Source of the DNA: an uncultured Pseudomonadota bacterium
Lineage (GTDB): Bacteria; Babelota; Babeliae; Babelales; JAUPTZ01
Reading direction: 5' to 3'
Assembly (NCBI GenBank): GCA_964429275.1
Contig: CAYSBJ010000003.1
Coordinates: forward strand, 1 to 64,000
Length of the DNA: 64,000 nt
Within the stretch, counting starts at the first letter, position 1. The number at the start of each line of letters is the position of its first letter. Of the stretch, positions 19,057 through 30,300 are shown one piece after another. A program made the translations under genes and the position numbers. The notes under the pieces are model-generated. The model saw nothing but the letters and a program-made list of their open reading frames with translations. It ran no database searches and was not told the DNA's origin.

Positions 19057-19872
19057 TCAAGGTTTTTTTATGCCGTAGACAGTAGTTGCTATTCCGGCAA
19101 GGGTTATTAATAACGCTGCCATTGCTTCTCGTCCATGGCTATAAATAAGCTCTTTTTCAAATGGTGTAGCCGAATCTATGAGTTCTTTGCGGTATTGAGC
19201 AGAGGTTAACTGTCGCCACGCTTTGATGAGTAATGTACGGTTTTTTTCGTTTCGCACTGTGGTAAATAGCCACATAAGGCCAAGAGTAGTCGCCGTGAGG
19301 CCGATACCGGTGGTGATGTTGAATTTCTTGTGTGTAGCTACTGCGCTAGTCGTTGCCGTTGCGGTGCTAGCGGGAAGGCTTTGGTTCCCATTTTGGCTGT
19401 CTGTTGGCGTGGCCGGAGCTTTGGTATTTTCATCGGCGAGTTCTTTGTCTATTTCAAAATACGTCATCTGATACCGCTCATTTGGCTCGCCCCAGCGGAT
19501 GATGCCTGCATTGTGCCCCTGCAAGCAGGTTGTTTTTTGGGGATATCTGGCCGCACTTGCTCCCTGATAGAAGGAAGGACTATCAGCAAGAAGAGAATGC
19601 AAAACATGTTTTTTGAGGTCTCTGGCGGGAAGGCCTGTTTGCTTCTGGTATTCTGCAAATGCTGCAAGAACTCGAATTCCGCGGTCTGTTAATTTTTCTC
19701 TCAAAGGGTCTGAAATTAACGCCGGTACAGAAGCAGCATTTTTTTTTTGATTTTCAGTGGGATAGTTTCCCACTTTGTTGAAAATGTTTGTTAGCATTTG
19801 TGCTTCCATTTGGCCAGCGCAATAATGTGTTGTGGCCACAATGAGAAAGAGGATGAAGGAGCGGTTTTTCAT
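19057..19872 (-). CDS. Hypothetical exported protein with C-terminal two-helix membrane module
   Basis: Signal-like N-terminus; two C-terminal hydrophobic helices ending AGIATTVYG. Confidence 0.75.
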   Translation of the reverse strand: MKNRSFILFLIVATTHYCAGQMEAQMLTNIFNKVGNYPTENQKKNAASVPALISDPLREKLTDRGIRVLAAFAEYQKQTGLPARDLKKHVLHSLLADSPSFYQGASAARYPQKTTCLQGHNAGIIRWGEPNERYQMTYFEIDKELADENTKAPATPTDSQNGNQSLPASTATATTSAVATHKKFNITTGIGLTATTLGLMWLFTTVRNEKNRTLLIKAWRQLTSAQYRKELIDSATPFEKELIYSHGREAMAALLITLAGIATTVYGIKKP

Positions 19873-19890
19873 ACTATATTTTCTCCAGAA

Positions 19891-22800
19891 TTAATTGTGA
19901 GCGCCGTAAGCTACCATTGCCACACCAGCTACCATGCCTAAGAATGCTAGAATAGTTGGTGTTTTTCTTGGTCCGTAGGCGCGGTAAATACTTTTGCCCG
20001 CCGGTGAAGAAAGGTCCTCTTCTGTAGCGGTTAGTCGAATCTGATCTGCTAATTTGCCGGCAAGAGGAAGCTGATGACGGAGTTGTTGCAGTAAGACGAG
20101 CGCTCCGCCGAGCGTCAACGCTCCACCGCACAGTGTAAAGCCATTGATTTTGCTTTTTTCTGGAGTGCTTATTGTGTTAGCGCTAGCGCTTAGTGTGCCG
20201 GTAGCAGAGTTTGTTAGTTGTTGATGAACGCTAGATGTGTTGTTGGGCACCATCTTTTGGCTTTGAGGTTTCGGCGTAGATGCAGAGACTGGGTTTGGAA
20301 TTTCCTCTGTAGATACAGAGTTATCTGGAAGTCGCGAACTTATTGCGCTTATAAGCGGCGAATGGTAGGTTACGTCAGTGAGTGCAAATTGCGTTGCGAG
20401 CTTGCCGATTTTTTCTTCTGCAACTACAAGTCCCTGATCAGCTGCCACAAGCAAGGAGGCAGTTGGAGGAGAAATTTTTTCGATGACCGGGTACATGCGT
20501 TCGCCAAGCCCCAAGGCGGTGATGCCGGTTGCTGGTTCATGCAAGACTCGACGATCAAAGCAAAGGCTTGCCGCGTTTAATTCTGTAAAATGTTGGCGTG
20601 CAAATGCTTCTGCTTGTTCCGTATCTTCCAAAAGAAGAAATACCCCAATTCTTTTATATTTTTCTAGCTCTTCTGCTCTCGCACCATCTAATATAGTCAT
20701 TCGTTGAGCTGGATTTACGTCAGTATGTAATGCCTTGATGCCGAGAAGTTCGATGGAGTGTTTCCAATCTCCAATCGCTGTTACCGTATTGTTTTGGAGG
20801 CGGTAAATTCTTTGATCGATCTCAAAGCATATCCCTTGGCTTTGATCTGTCAGAACCGAATGTTGTATTACACGGCCTTGCTGTAAAGAATTCGCTATTG
20901 CTTGGGCAGAGAATACTTTTTTCCCCTCGTGATTAAGGCGTCCGATGATGGCTAAAATTTGCCGAGCACGAGAGTCTCTGTTGAGCATTGCGGTTATGGC
21001 GGAGGTTGGCTCAATTCCCATCAAGCGAAGCGTATGGCTTGCGTAGCCTATTGCAATCCGATTGGCACGTTGATTGGATTGGTTAACTAATACATCTCCT
21101 TGGCCGAAATCGAGGAGCTGGCTAGATGCTGCTTCTTCTTTCTCTATGCGAGCTACAGCTACTTTGACGTGCATTTCGGTAACAGTATCAGCCCCACCGC
21201 TAGTTAAATCGAACGATCTAATTGTTTCTGCGCTTGGACGCCACCGGCGGTAGGCTGTGTGGGCCATATCCATTAATGAAAATGGAGTGAGGCATGAACG
21301 ATGGCTCTCATACCATTCGCAAGCGGGCTTAAGTCTATCATAGCCCCTTGAGAGCGGTTTTTTTACGCATGTTTCTACGACGCGGTGTATTCCGGTGCAG
21401 GCCTTAGCAGCAAAATGTAGCGGGAGTCGTGCCAAACTGGTGCATAAGCCTCTTCGTGTTGTTGTCCGTGTAGGCGCTACTGCTGCGGGTTCTACAACTG
21501 CCGGTAGAATAATTGGTGCTTCCTGAGGAGCGACCTCTATTCCCGGTACTATGTGGTTATCTGTTGGCGCTGGTTGCGGTTCGGCAATGGTAGCTGCCTC
21601 AGCTATTGCGGGAGCTGGTGCTAGAGCTTCTGTTGGTTCATCTACAACATTTTCTTCATCGGATAGCGGTGCTTCTGGGGCCGTTAGTGCCTGAGTCCGT
21701 TCGGTGGTTTGCAAGGTATCAAACCATTGCAGTGATTGGTGGAGTTGCTGGCCGCTGAGAATACTTTCGAGTTTTTGCACTACTCTAGTATAGCTCAGTG
21801 TTGGGCCTCCTAGTCCCCAGGAGATTCGGGTATAGTTATTACCATTGATAGTGAGTGCATACGATGGGTATGTTTCAAGATCAACTACCGTTGGGCAAGG
21901 CTCTGCCTGGCCTTTGAGGAGCGAGTGGCAGATTGTGCGGGTGATGATTGTTTCATCTGTAAGTACACGTCTAACCATAGGGGTATACTCGCTTGGAACA
22001 AGATGTTCATCTTCAAGGTGCTCGAGAACATAGTTTATGGTTTGCAGGGTTTGTATTCCAAGTGTATTAGTATGCAGAGCTGTTATGCCAGTGTGCTGAG
22101 GAAGATAGCTTTCTAAGCGGCTGATATTCAGTGAGGAGCGTGGCACCGATTTCTCTGCGATTCGTTGACGTGCCAACTCAAAAGCCTTTGCAGTGAGGGC
22201 AAGCGCTCGGGCATTTCCCTCTGGAGTATCATTTACCTCGCGTGCACAATAGCGTAATCCGTTACCCGAGTAGTAAGTTTTTCCGTTGATTTTGAATGTT
22301 GGTGGTTCACTGCTGCCGCTGAAGTCTAAGCATATGTGGCCCTGTTCAAGAGAGTGTACTATGTCTCTCGGGAGCAAGATGTGACCGAGGTTGTTGTTCA
22401 GTAGGTACCCCATTGTCCTCAGTATAACGTACGCTTGATCATCTTCGCTGAGATTTTTTTGGAATTCATTCGTCCATTCACTATAGCCAAGGGATTTAAG
22501 CGCGATTAGGATGTCGTCATGGGAGCTTTCATGCAAAGCCGTCTCAATGTTGTCTGGTGTTATTTCGTATTTAAAATCGGCTGTATCATGCCAAGGCACT
22601 CCCCTGGGAGCGCTTTGAGGGTATGGCGGGGTTGCTATGGGTTCTTGAGTTGTACCGTCGATGATTGGCGTGGCTTCAGCAGGATCGACGTACCGACGTT
22701 TGACAGACTTTCGCACGGTGTGGGTAGTCTGGTTTGTGGCAGAGTATAAAGGGGTTATTTCTTTAGTGGCATCAGGTTGTTCGGTTGTTTGTCCTGAATC

Positions 22801-23202
22801 AGCGGCAATAGGTTCTTGGGGGGCGGTTTGTGGTATTGCTGGAGCAGGCGCAGTTTCCCCTAGGAGTAGCGGTGTTGCCCCTCTTTCAATTGTGGCTGCG
22901 GATTCAATAGGCGTAGAGTCAGGTGCAGGTTGAGTTGGCGCCCCGTGGTTGGTGGCTTTTTTTCGCTTTTTTTTATGGCGATTTATTCCTGAGGGAGCAG
23001 CTTCAGGGGCGTCATTTTCCGCGGAAGCTGCAGCTTGTTCTGGTGTAGGGGAAAAGAGCATATTAAAGATCGAGGTCACCCACTTTGTTACGCCACCAGC
23101 TGGTGCTCCCGCCGCAGGCGCATCTGCCGCCGCGCATGGCATGCCAGCGCCAAGGGCGAGACTGAAAAGTGAGAGAGAGAGGAGTAATGTGTTTTTTCTC
23201 AT
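19891..23202 (-). CDS. Large hypothetical exported protein with internal repeats and C-terminal two-helix membrane module
   Basis: 1103 aa; signal peptide; RHKKKRKK patch; repeated I.[HN]SL..G...IN/DG..Y units; ends AGVAMVAYG. Confidence 0.82.
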   Translation of the reverse strand: MRKNTLLLSLSLFSLALGAGMPCAAADAPAAGAPAGGVTKWVTSIFNMLFSPTPEQAAASAENDAPEAAPSGINRHKKKRKKATNHGAPTQPAPDSTPIESAATIERGATPLLLGETAPAPAIPQTAPQEPIAADSGQTTEQPDATKEITPLYSATNQTTHTVRKSVKRRYVDPAEATPIIDGTTQEPIATPPYPQSAPRGVPWHDTADFKYEITPDNIETALHESSHDDILIALKSLGYSEWTNEFQKNLSEDDQAYVILRTMGYLLNNNLGHILLPRDIVHSLEQGHICLDFSGSSEPPTFKINGKTYYSGNGLRYCAREVNDTPEGNARALALTAKAFELARQRIAEKSVPRSSLNISRLESYLPQHTGITALHTNTLGIQTLQTINYVLEHLEDEHLVPSEYTPMVRRVLTDETIITRTICHSLLKGQAEPCPTVVDLETYPSYALTINGNNYTRISWGLGGPTLSYTRVVQKLESILSGQQLHQSLQWFDTLQTTERTQALTAPEAPLSDEENVVDEPTEALAPAPAIAEAATIAEPQPAPTDNHIVPGIEVAPQEAPIILPAVVEPAAVAPTRTTTRRGLCTSLARLPLHFAAKACTGIHRVVETCVKKPLSRGYDRLKPACEWYESHRSCLTPFSLMDMAHTAYRRWRPSAETIRSFDLTSGGADTVTEMHVKVAVARIEKEEAASSQLLDFGQGDVLVNQSNQRANRIAIGYASHTLRLMGIEPTSAITAMLNRDSRARQILAIIGRLNHEGKKVFSAQAIANSLQQGRVIQHSVLTDQSQGICFEIDQRIYRLQNNTVTAIGDWKHSIELLGIKALHTDVNPAQRMTILDGARAEELEKYKRIGVFLLLEDTEQAEAFARQHFTELNAASLCFDRRVLHEPATGITALGLGERMYPVIEKISPPTASLLVAADQGLVVAEEKIGKLATQFALTDVTYHSPLISAISSRLPDNSVSTEEIPNPVSASTPKPQSQKMVPNNTSSVHQQLTNSATGTLSASANTISTPEKSKINGFTLCGGALTLGGALVLLQQLRHQLPLAGKLADQIRLTATEEDLSSPAGKSIYRAYGPRKTPTILAFLGMVAGVAMVAYGAHN

Positions 23203-23265
23203 AGAATCTTCCGTTTAAAAATAGCAGTGTAGGCCGTCGTGCTTTTTTCGGGCTACGAAAGGCCG

Positions 23266-23302
23266 AAAAAAAGGGCTCTAGATCTCGAAAAACCTAGAGC
23301 CC
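23266..23302 (-). terminator. Intrinsic terminator after rpsA-ndk
   Basis: GGGCTCTAG/CTAGAGCCC stem with an A7 tract on the left (U-tract on the minus strand). Confidence 0.75.
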
Positions 23303-23333
23303 ACAATGTTTTTTAGAGATTTGTTAAATGATT

Positions 23334-23744
23334 CTAACAAATTTCTGGGAAAAACAACACTATTTCAAATGGAGCAGTTTCTGCTGGGTCTGAACCGTGA
23401 ACTGCGTTTTCGCCGATACTTTTGGCGAACAGCTTACGGAGCGTTCCTTCAGCGGCCTGTGCCGGGTTCGTCGCGCCCATGAGATCGCGCCATGCTTGGA
23501 TGGCGTTTTCTTTTTCAAGAGCAAGGGCTACAACCGGGCCCGAAGTGATGAAAGAGACCAGCTCTTCATAAAACGGACGGGCTTTGTGGACTCCATAGAA
23601 AACTTCTGCTTGTGCACGAGAAATTTTCATCTTTTTCATGCCAACAATCTTAAAGCCTTCTTGTTCAATACGGCTGATGATTGCGCCAGTGTGACCAGCA
23701 GCAACGGCATCAGGCTTAATGAGACCGAATGTTCTTTGGATCAT
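23334..23744 (-). CDS. ndk: Nucleoside diphosphate kinase
   Basis: [24 protein letters not shown]. Confidence 0.98.
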   Translation of the reverse strand: MIQRTFGLIKPDAVAAGHTGAIISRIEQEGFKIVGMKKMKISRAQAEVFYGVHKARPFYEELVSFITSGPVVALALEKENAIQAWRDLMGATNPAQAAEGTLRKLFAKSIGENAVHGSDPAETAPFEIVLFFPEIC

Positions 23745-23745
23745 A

Positions 23746-25554
23746 TTATTCCTTATCTGCTTTTACGCGATCAGCATGTTCTTGAAGCGCTTGTTGTAAC
23801 ACAGACTTCATAGAAGTAACTGCAGGTTTTGCTTCAGACGCTTTTTTGCGTGCTGCGGCATCATGCAGTTGTTGCTTGCGACGTTCGCCGCTTTCTGCTG
23901 ATTGTTGTGCCTGTGGTGCTGTGTAGTTTGGATCAAGAGCGCGGACTGAAAGGCCGAGCTTACGGTCTTCAGGGCTAATCTTGATTACCTTACAGCGAAC
24001 GGTTTCGCCAGCTTTGATGTTTGAACCTTCGCCCAATTCTGAGCTGTGGATCAAACCCTCAAGGCCGCTGCTCAACCGAACAAATGCGCCAAAGCTTGTG
24101 ATTTTTGATACAGCACCTTCAACAACAGATCCGATTGGGTGTAAAGCCTCAATCTCGGTCCATGGGTCATTTTGCATTTGCTTGATGCCCAAAGAGATCT
24201 TTTTGGTGTCAGTGTCGATTGAAAGGATAACTGCCTCAACAGTATCGCCTTTCTTGTAATGTTCGTTTGGATGCACAATGTGGTCAGTCCAGGAAATGTC
24301 TGAAACGTGAACCAAGCCATCGATGCCATCAGCAAGTTCTACAAACACACCAAAATCAGTAACGTTGGTAACTTTACCAGAAATGCGTTCACTGACTTTG
24401 AATTTTTCCATGATTGTTTGCCATGGATCAGGTGTCAATTGCTTGATACTGAGTGACATGCGGCGGTTTTGTTTATCCAGCGTAATAACAACCACAGTTA
24501 CTTCCTTACCAACTTGGAAGTGGCGGTGGAGGTTAGTGATGCGTTCAGTCCATGAAACTTCTGAAATATGGACCAAACCTTCAACGCCTGGAGAAATTTC
24601 TACGAACAAGCCGTATTCGGTGATGCTCGAAACCTTACCAGTCAATGTGCTGCCGATAGGATATTTTCTTTCGACTTCATCCCATGGATTGCTTGAAAGC
24701 TGTTTGATGCCCAAAGAGATTTTTTCATGTTCACGGTCAAGACCAATGACTTTAACCGTTACAGTGTCACCAATGCGAACGAGTTCGCTTGGGTGATTGA
24801 CGCGTCCCCATGACATGTCGGTGATGTGCAACAAGCCATCAACGCCGCCGATGTCCACAAACACACCGTAGTTGGTGATGTTTTTGGCGATACCTTGGAT
24901 CACTTGTCCTTCAACGATCGTTGTCATTACTTTTGACTTGTTCGCTTGGCGTTCGCTTTCCAAGTAGCGGCGGCGAGAAATAATAACGTTGCCACGCTTC
25001 TTGTTAATTTTTAAGATTTTGCAAACAATTTCTTGTCCAACAAATTGGTCGAAATCGTTAATACGTTGCATATCAACTTGTGAGCCAGGAAGGAAAGCCG
25101 GGATACCGATATCCACGTTAAGGCCGCCTTTGACTTTTCCAAGAACAACACCGGTGACTGCTTTGTCTTCTTTTGCAAGATCAACAATGCGGTCCCATGC
25201 TTTCATGGACTTAGCTTTTTGATATGACAATACTACTACGCCGTTTTCGTCTTCAAGACGGTCAACGAGAACTTCAATCGGAGACCCTTCAGTCAACGTT
25301 GCCAATTCTTGTTGGTTGAATTCGTTCATGGGAATAGTGCCGTATGATTTAAAAGCAACGTCCACTACTACACCGCTGTTACTGCGGCTAAGAACCTTGC
25401 CAGTAAATAATTGGCCTGGTGCAAAGACTGCGCCGTGTTCTTGGTAGAGGCTTTCTAATGTTGCTTCTTCTGTAGGTGTTAACGAGAACTGGTCTTGAAT
25501 GAGTTCTTCGTTTAACAACTGAGTCGCTTTCGCGTCTATCGTACCTTTAAGCAT
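23746..25554 (-). CDS. rpsA: 30S ribosomal protein S1
   Basis: Six S1 repeats ([33 protein letters not shown] and others). Confidence 0.98.
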   Translation of the reverse strand: MLKGTIDAKATQLLNEELIQDQFSLTPTEEATLESLYQEHGAVFAPGQLFTGKVLSRSNSGVVVDVAFKSYGTIPMNEFNQQELATLTEGSPIEVLVDRLEDENGVVVLSYQKAKSMKAWDRIVDLAKEDKAVTGVVLGKVKGGLNVDIGIPAFLPGSQVDMQRINDFDQFVGQEIVCKILKINKKRGNVIISRRRYLESERQANKSKVMTTIVEGQVIQGIAKNITNYGVFVDIGGVDGLLHITDMSWGRVNHPSELVRIGDTVTVKVIGLDREHEKISLGIKQLSSNPWDEVERKYPIGSTLTGKVSSITEYGLFVEISPGVEGLVHISEVSWTERITNLHRHFQVGKEVTVVVITLDKQNRRMSLSIKQLTPDPWQTIMEKFKVSERISGKVTNVTDFGVFVELADGIDGLVHVSDISWTDHIVHPNEHYKKGDTVEAVILSIDTDTKKISLGIKQMQNDPWTEIEALHPIGSVVEGAVSKITSFGAFVRLSSGLEGLIHSSELGEGSNIKAGETVRCKVIKISPEDRKLGLSVRALDPNYTAPQAQQSAESGERRKQQLHDAAARKKASEAKPAVTSMKSVLQQALQEHADRVKADKE

Positions 25555-25571
25555 TTCGAAGTTTCTTTTCG

Positions 25572-25597
25572 CTAACAGCCGGTTGCCCAGCCGTCAG
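25572..25597 (-). promoter_or_regulatory. rpsA 5'-leader hairpin with GCAA tetraloop
   Basis: Minus strand CUGACGGCUGG-GCAA-CCGGCUGUUAG, 11 bp with three G-U pairs that form only on this strand; no clear SD before the rpsA ATG. Confidence 0.55.
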
Positions 25598-26333
25598 GGT
25601 TAAACGTGATACATATATATAGTAAAAAACATGGAACCTACGGGGTTTTCATGTTCGGGAGAGCATAACAGAGGTTCGCGGAGAGTGCAAATTGCCCCTG
25701 GCCTCGGCTCTCGCAGATACTCTCGGTCTTTTAGTCCCCCAGGCTTGGGGGTGCATTTGCATGAAGTTGGCTCACTAGCAAGGGGGGATGATACCGGAGA
25801 ACGAGTAATTTTAGGCGAATAAGCACCCGGCGCGCCTTTCGGGGCGACTATGGTTTTTGCCGAACAGCCCCAAACGGGCTGTCTAAGTGAGGCAAAAGAG
25901 TCGGAGCTCCCGGGGGGCACCCGAAAAAAACAGCTCCGCAGGACGTAGGAAGCCATAAGGAAACCTTCCTTATTTTCAAATGCCTCCTTTACATGCCTCA
26001 ATGCGCCCCAAATTGTGCAGTATATCAGGAGTGATTGTGTATTTTGGTTCAAATGCATGTTTTTCCTGCATATGACTCCTTTGCTCGTTTATGAGAGGTT
26101 ATTTGGTGGTTAATAATGACTTATTCATATGTTAATCATTAATTAATCATATAACCCAGTGTGGCCGTAATCAGTCGCTGAGTCAGAAGAAGGTGCTCAT
26201 AGATAATTCCGGTTTTTCGATCGCACGATCTGCAGCTTTCTTTGAAAACGATCTATAAATTTTGTGACGAGAGGCTTGGTATGAAATTTATAGGCAACAT
26301 CATCCAAGATGCTGAATTACATGAGAATCTTGT

Positions 26334-27134
26334 TCACTCGCGGGAGGGGCGTCCCGTTATTTTACTTACATACAGTGGCGGCAGCCCCGGCCGGTACCGC
26401 GGGGCTGTTTTCTCCCATGCCGACTTAGTCGCACGCTCAAACATTCTGCGGACGATTGCCAGTGAGTTTGGGTTGCTGGCGGTGAAGGTTGCGATAGTTT
26501 CGTTTGGTTTTGCTGTGAGAGATGTCAGTTGACATGCTGGTTGGTGCGCCATTAAAGCAGCCACTATTGGTTGGTACACCAAGCCGGGGATGCGTGGCTT
26601 GGCCGGTGCTGGTTTTGGTGTAGGTTGAATGACCGGTACTGGTTCCGGTCGTGCGGGTGTTTGTTGGTACCAGTATGAAACGCCGCTGGTGATGACTAAC
26701 AAAAGAGTTGCCAGGGCCAATCGCCAGGGGAGTGGGCCGCCGTAGGCGCGGCCGGAAAAAAGGCAGTGGAGTTTTGCAGGAGGCACTGTGGCGGGGTCTT
26801 GGGTTGTAACCACATACGGAGGCAGTCTTAGCTGCATAAGAACCGCAATAATTTGCGTTGCGAGTCGTTGCGGGTCTTGCCCCTCCTTGGGGAGCGCGAC
26901 AATGATGCCAAATGGCTTTTTGTGTGTCGGCAGCAGTTGGAGATCGAGGAAGGTGCGAAGCTGAAATGGGGCCGTTAGGTTGTTGTTGTTGTCTAGCAAA
27001 TAAGGGGTTGGGGTGAGCTGCGCTTGCTCGGCCGTGCCAGAGTTCAGTGTTTTGAGGGCGGCATTCGTTTTAGTTATCGTTAAAATAGTGGTAGGGCGAG
27101 CGGATATGGCCCGCCACAAAAGAGTAAGATGCAT
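26334..27134 (-). CDS. Hypothetical bitopic membrane protein, possibly GspL/PilN-like
   Basis: Cytoplasmic N-terminal region, single TM (WRLALATLLLVITSGVSYW), Pro-rich linker, C-terminal CQLTSLTA. Confidence 0.5.
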   Translation of the reverse strand: MHLTLLWRAISARPTTILTITKTNAALKTLNSGTAEQAQLTPTPYLLDNNNNLTAPFQLRTFLDLQLLPTHKKPFGIIVALPKEGQDPQRLATQIIAVLMQLRLPPYVVTTQDPATVPPAKLHCLFSGRAYGGPLPWRLALATLLLVITSGVSYWYQQTPARPEPVPVIQPTPKPAPAKPRIPGLVYQPIVAALMAHQPACQLTSLTAKPNETIATFTASNPNSLAIVRRMFERATKSAWEKTAPRYRPGLPPLYVSKITGRPSRE

Positions 27135-27206
27135 ACAGTCTCCGGTATGTGCCGTGCTGACTTATGCGTTGATGTAGGTGCCTACGATGAACAAACAGCG
27201 TTAGCT

Positions 27207-27288
27207 GTCATTGCGATAAACGAAGTGCCGAAGCAAGCCAGGAATGGAGTGAAATTTAGCTGGATTGCCACGCTGCGCTCGCAATGAC
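27207..27288. repeat. RPE-like palindromic repeat element
   Basis: GTCATTGCGA...GAAGCAAGCCAG...CTGGATTGCCAC...TCGCAATGAC, with a 10-bp perfect terminal inverted repeat. Confidence 0.85.
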
Positions 27289-27369
27289 TCGCTTTGCGCG
27301 GTCTTGAAAATTGATATCTTCAATGGCATTGATTACAGGATGAACTGTTGTCGCAAAATACGCAATCGT

Positions 27370-30300
27370 TTAGTTGTTAATCACTCTCACTACTTGGAGT
27401 GGTGATGCCGCAAAGAGAGGGCTCGTATCTTTGGTTGGCGGCAGCAAGATCTCTGAGAGTATGTCATCAATAGTTTCTACAAAGGTGACTTGCACGTCGG
27501 CCGGCATCTCTTTGAGTGCCTGGATGCTCTTGCGGTTTTCTTCCGGGACAAAAACGCGTTTAAGGCCGTGGTTGCGTGCCCCTTCAAGTTTTTGGTCAAG
27601 GCCACCAATAGCAAACGCATTGCCGTATAAATCTATTTCGCCGGTCATGCCATAGTCATGGCGTGTTGGACGTCCCGTAAGACAGGAAACAATAGCGGTA
27701 CAAAATGCAAGTCCTGCCGATGGGCCAGATTTTGGGGTGGCTCCGCGCATGGCGTGAATGTGGATATCAACGCCATTGAGGCTTATATCTTTTGGAAGTG
27801 CCATATTTGGTGCGTAGGTTGCCATGATGTGGTTAATGTTTGTTTTAACATAGCTTACCGCAGCGTTTGCAGATTCCTGCATATCTTCTTTTGGCAGTCC
27901 ACTTACTTTTACGTCTCCTCTTCCTCTGCGTGCCGTGACTTGAATAAGAAGAACGCCACCACCAGACATACTCCAATAGAGACCATTGCTTGTTCCTACG
28001 CTATCAACATTGAAAATAGCATCGTGAGTAAGTGGCTCGCCAAGGATAGCATCAATGTTGTTTGGCGTGACAACTAGGGGAGTAGTACTATTTAAGCTTC
28101 GTGCATACCGCGCAACAATTGTTTTGAGGCGACGCCCAAGCTGTCTCACTCCAGCTTCTTTGGTGTAGTTGTAGATGATTGTGTGAAGAAGCTCTGGTGT
28201 TATAAATGGCAGTGGGCTGAGGTTGTTTTGCGTATACAGTTTTGGAAGCAAATATTTTTGGGCGATTTCTACTTTCTGGCGTTCAGAGTAGCCAAGCATC
28301 TCGACCATGGTGAGGCGGTCCCAGAGTGGGTATGGAATTTGGCTTGTGTCGTTGGCTGTTGCAATGAAGAGCACTTTTGAAATATCAACAGGAACTCCCA
28401 AGTATTCATCAAGAAACTTAGTATTTTGCGTTGGATCGAGCACATCTAAGAGTGCATTTGCGATCGCAATATGCGGAATTTTGTCTATTTCATCAAGAAC
28501 TATAATGGTATTTTGCGAACCGGTGTCGATAAGTGCTTGTGCAATAACGCCGGTATGACCATTTTGGTAATCAGCCGAAAGACCTTTAATGTCGTATATT
28601 GAGGTGAGGCTGCTCATTGGGACGCGGATGAATTTCTTATTTAATGCTTTTGCCAGTGCTTGCGCTACTGAGGTCTTACCAACCCCTGGAAGCCCAGCAA
28701 GACAGAGTACTGAACCAGAGCTGCTATCGGTATTGCGTTGGGCCAAAGCGAGGTAATCGAGAATCGAGTCTTTTACTTCATCAACACTGTAGTGTGTTTC
28801 ATCAATTGCCGCAGCGACGGCGTCTAAGTTATAGTTCGTGGAGTCTTCTCCTGGAATCCATGGGAAATCAAGAACTGCGCTGATATAGGCACGAAGTTTT
28901 TCATGCGCTTCAGTTCGTTCACGGGTGGCATCAAAAGCCTCAATAGCGTCAAAAAGTTTCTTGCGTGCAGCAGTGCTGAGGTACGGCTCAATCTCTTTTG
29001 CCTTGCGTTTAAATTTGGCCAGGCTATTGTGAGCATTGCCAAGGAATGTTGATAGATTGTCAGTGGTAAAAATGATAGTTTCACCACGTAAATAAGCGCG
29101 TGCAAATTTACCGATCAAGAAATTGAGCTGGTGCGTTAAGCCGCGAAGGCCATCTTCAAACGTATACTTATCGATTATGAGGCCAATAACTTCGTTGCTG
29201 AACGACGGTTTTTGGCTCATAAGGCCACTTTTTTGGAGAAGGCGCGGGATAATTTTACTTTGCGCGATTTCGATTTTCTCTGCTTTTGTATATGACGGCA
29301 CTTGTACAATAATCATGCGATCACGAAGTGCCGATGGAATTTCTCGTTCGTTATTTGCGGTGGCAATGAACAGTATTTTTGAGATATTGAACGGAATGTT
29401 TAGGTAATCGTCAGTGAAGGCATAATTTTGTTCTGGATCTAAAGCATGAAGGAGGGCATCGGCGGGGGAGCCGTGTTGTTGGTTTTGTGTGCCCATTTTG
29501 TCTATTTCATCGAGTAAAATAACCCCGGATGCGCTTTGCATGTTCTTGATGGAGCGCATAATTTTTCCTTCGGCAGCATTAATATATGAGCGGCTTACGC
29601 CGGTAATATCTGATTGCAGGTGAACGCCGGCCAGACTGATGCGGGCCATTTTTTTGCCAAGTGCTTGTGCGATATGCTTACAAATGGAGGTCTTACCTGT
29701 TCCTGGGGCGCCGACCAGGCAGAGTACTAGTGGTGACCCTTCTGGTGTTACCATGCGTAACGCCAAGTGAGTGAGAATGATATCTTTCACTTGGTCCATA
29801 CCATACTGGTATTCATCAAGCATTTCGGCTACTTTTTCAAGGTCATACTCTTCATTCTTGGTTGAAGCAGCATCGGCCCATGGTAATGAAAGTGCGAAGC
29901 GTAAATATGCTTCAAGCCCTGGAGCTTCTAGTTGGTTTCCTTTGCTGCGGTCATACCGCTCAATAGTGTCGGACAAATAATTTGTTGTTACTTCCGGCAG
30001 TTGTAAGTCTTGTAGCTGTTGATGGAAGTTGCCTGCTAAGTCCTGATTTTCTTCTCCGCTCATGCCACTCGCTTTGCCTTGTTGAAGGATCAGTTCTACA
30101 AGAAGTTTGAGTTTGTTTTGGATGGTGGAGTTTTGTGTTAAAAATTCCAAGGCTTTGAGCGCACTTATTTCCAAATTCAATCGCTCGACGAGTGTTTGGA
30201 TGAATTGATTGCAGGTAGTAATGGTGCTGAGCTCTTTTTGCAGCGCCTTTGTTTTGTACCTACGGGCTAAGAGGTCATATATTTCTTCGATAGTTTTTAC

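Noticed and set aside
25630..25980. tmRNA, RNase P RNA, SRP RNA or cobalamin riboswitch
   Set aside because: No tRNA-like ends or tag ending in Ala-Ala-stop, no GAGGAAAGTCC, and no SRP or B12-box consensus on either strand
25600..26058. 152-aa minus-strand ORF upstream of rpsA
   Set aside because: No recognisable motif, atypical composition, and it coincides with a hairpin-rich block; more likely a chance ORF
26040..26335. Possible replication origin (AT-rich, TTAATCAT twice, several GATC)
   Set aside because: No good TTATCCACA boxes, no dnaA/dnaN nearby, and no skew switch that can be established by eye
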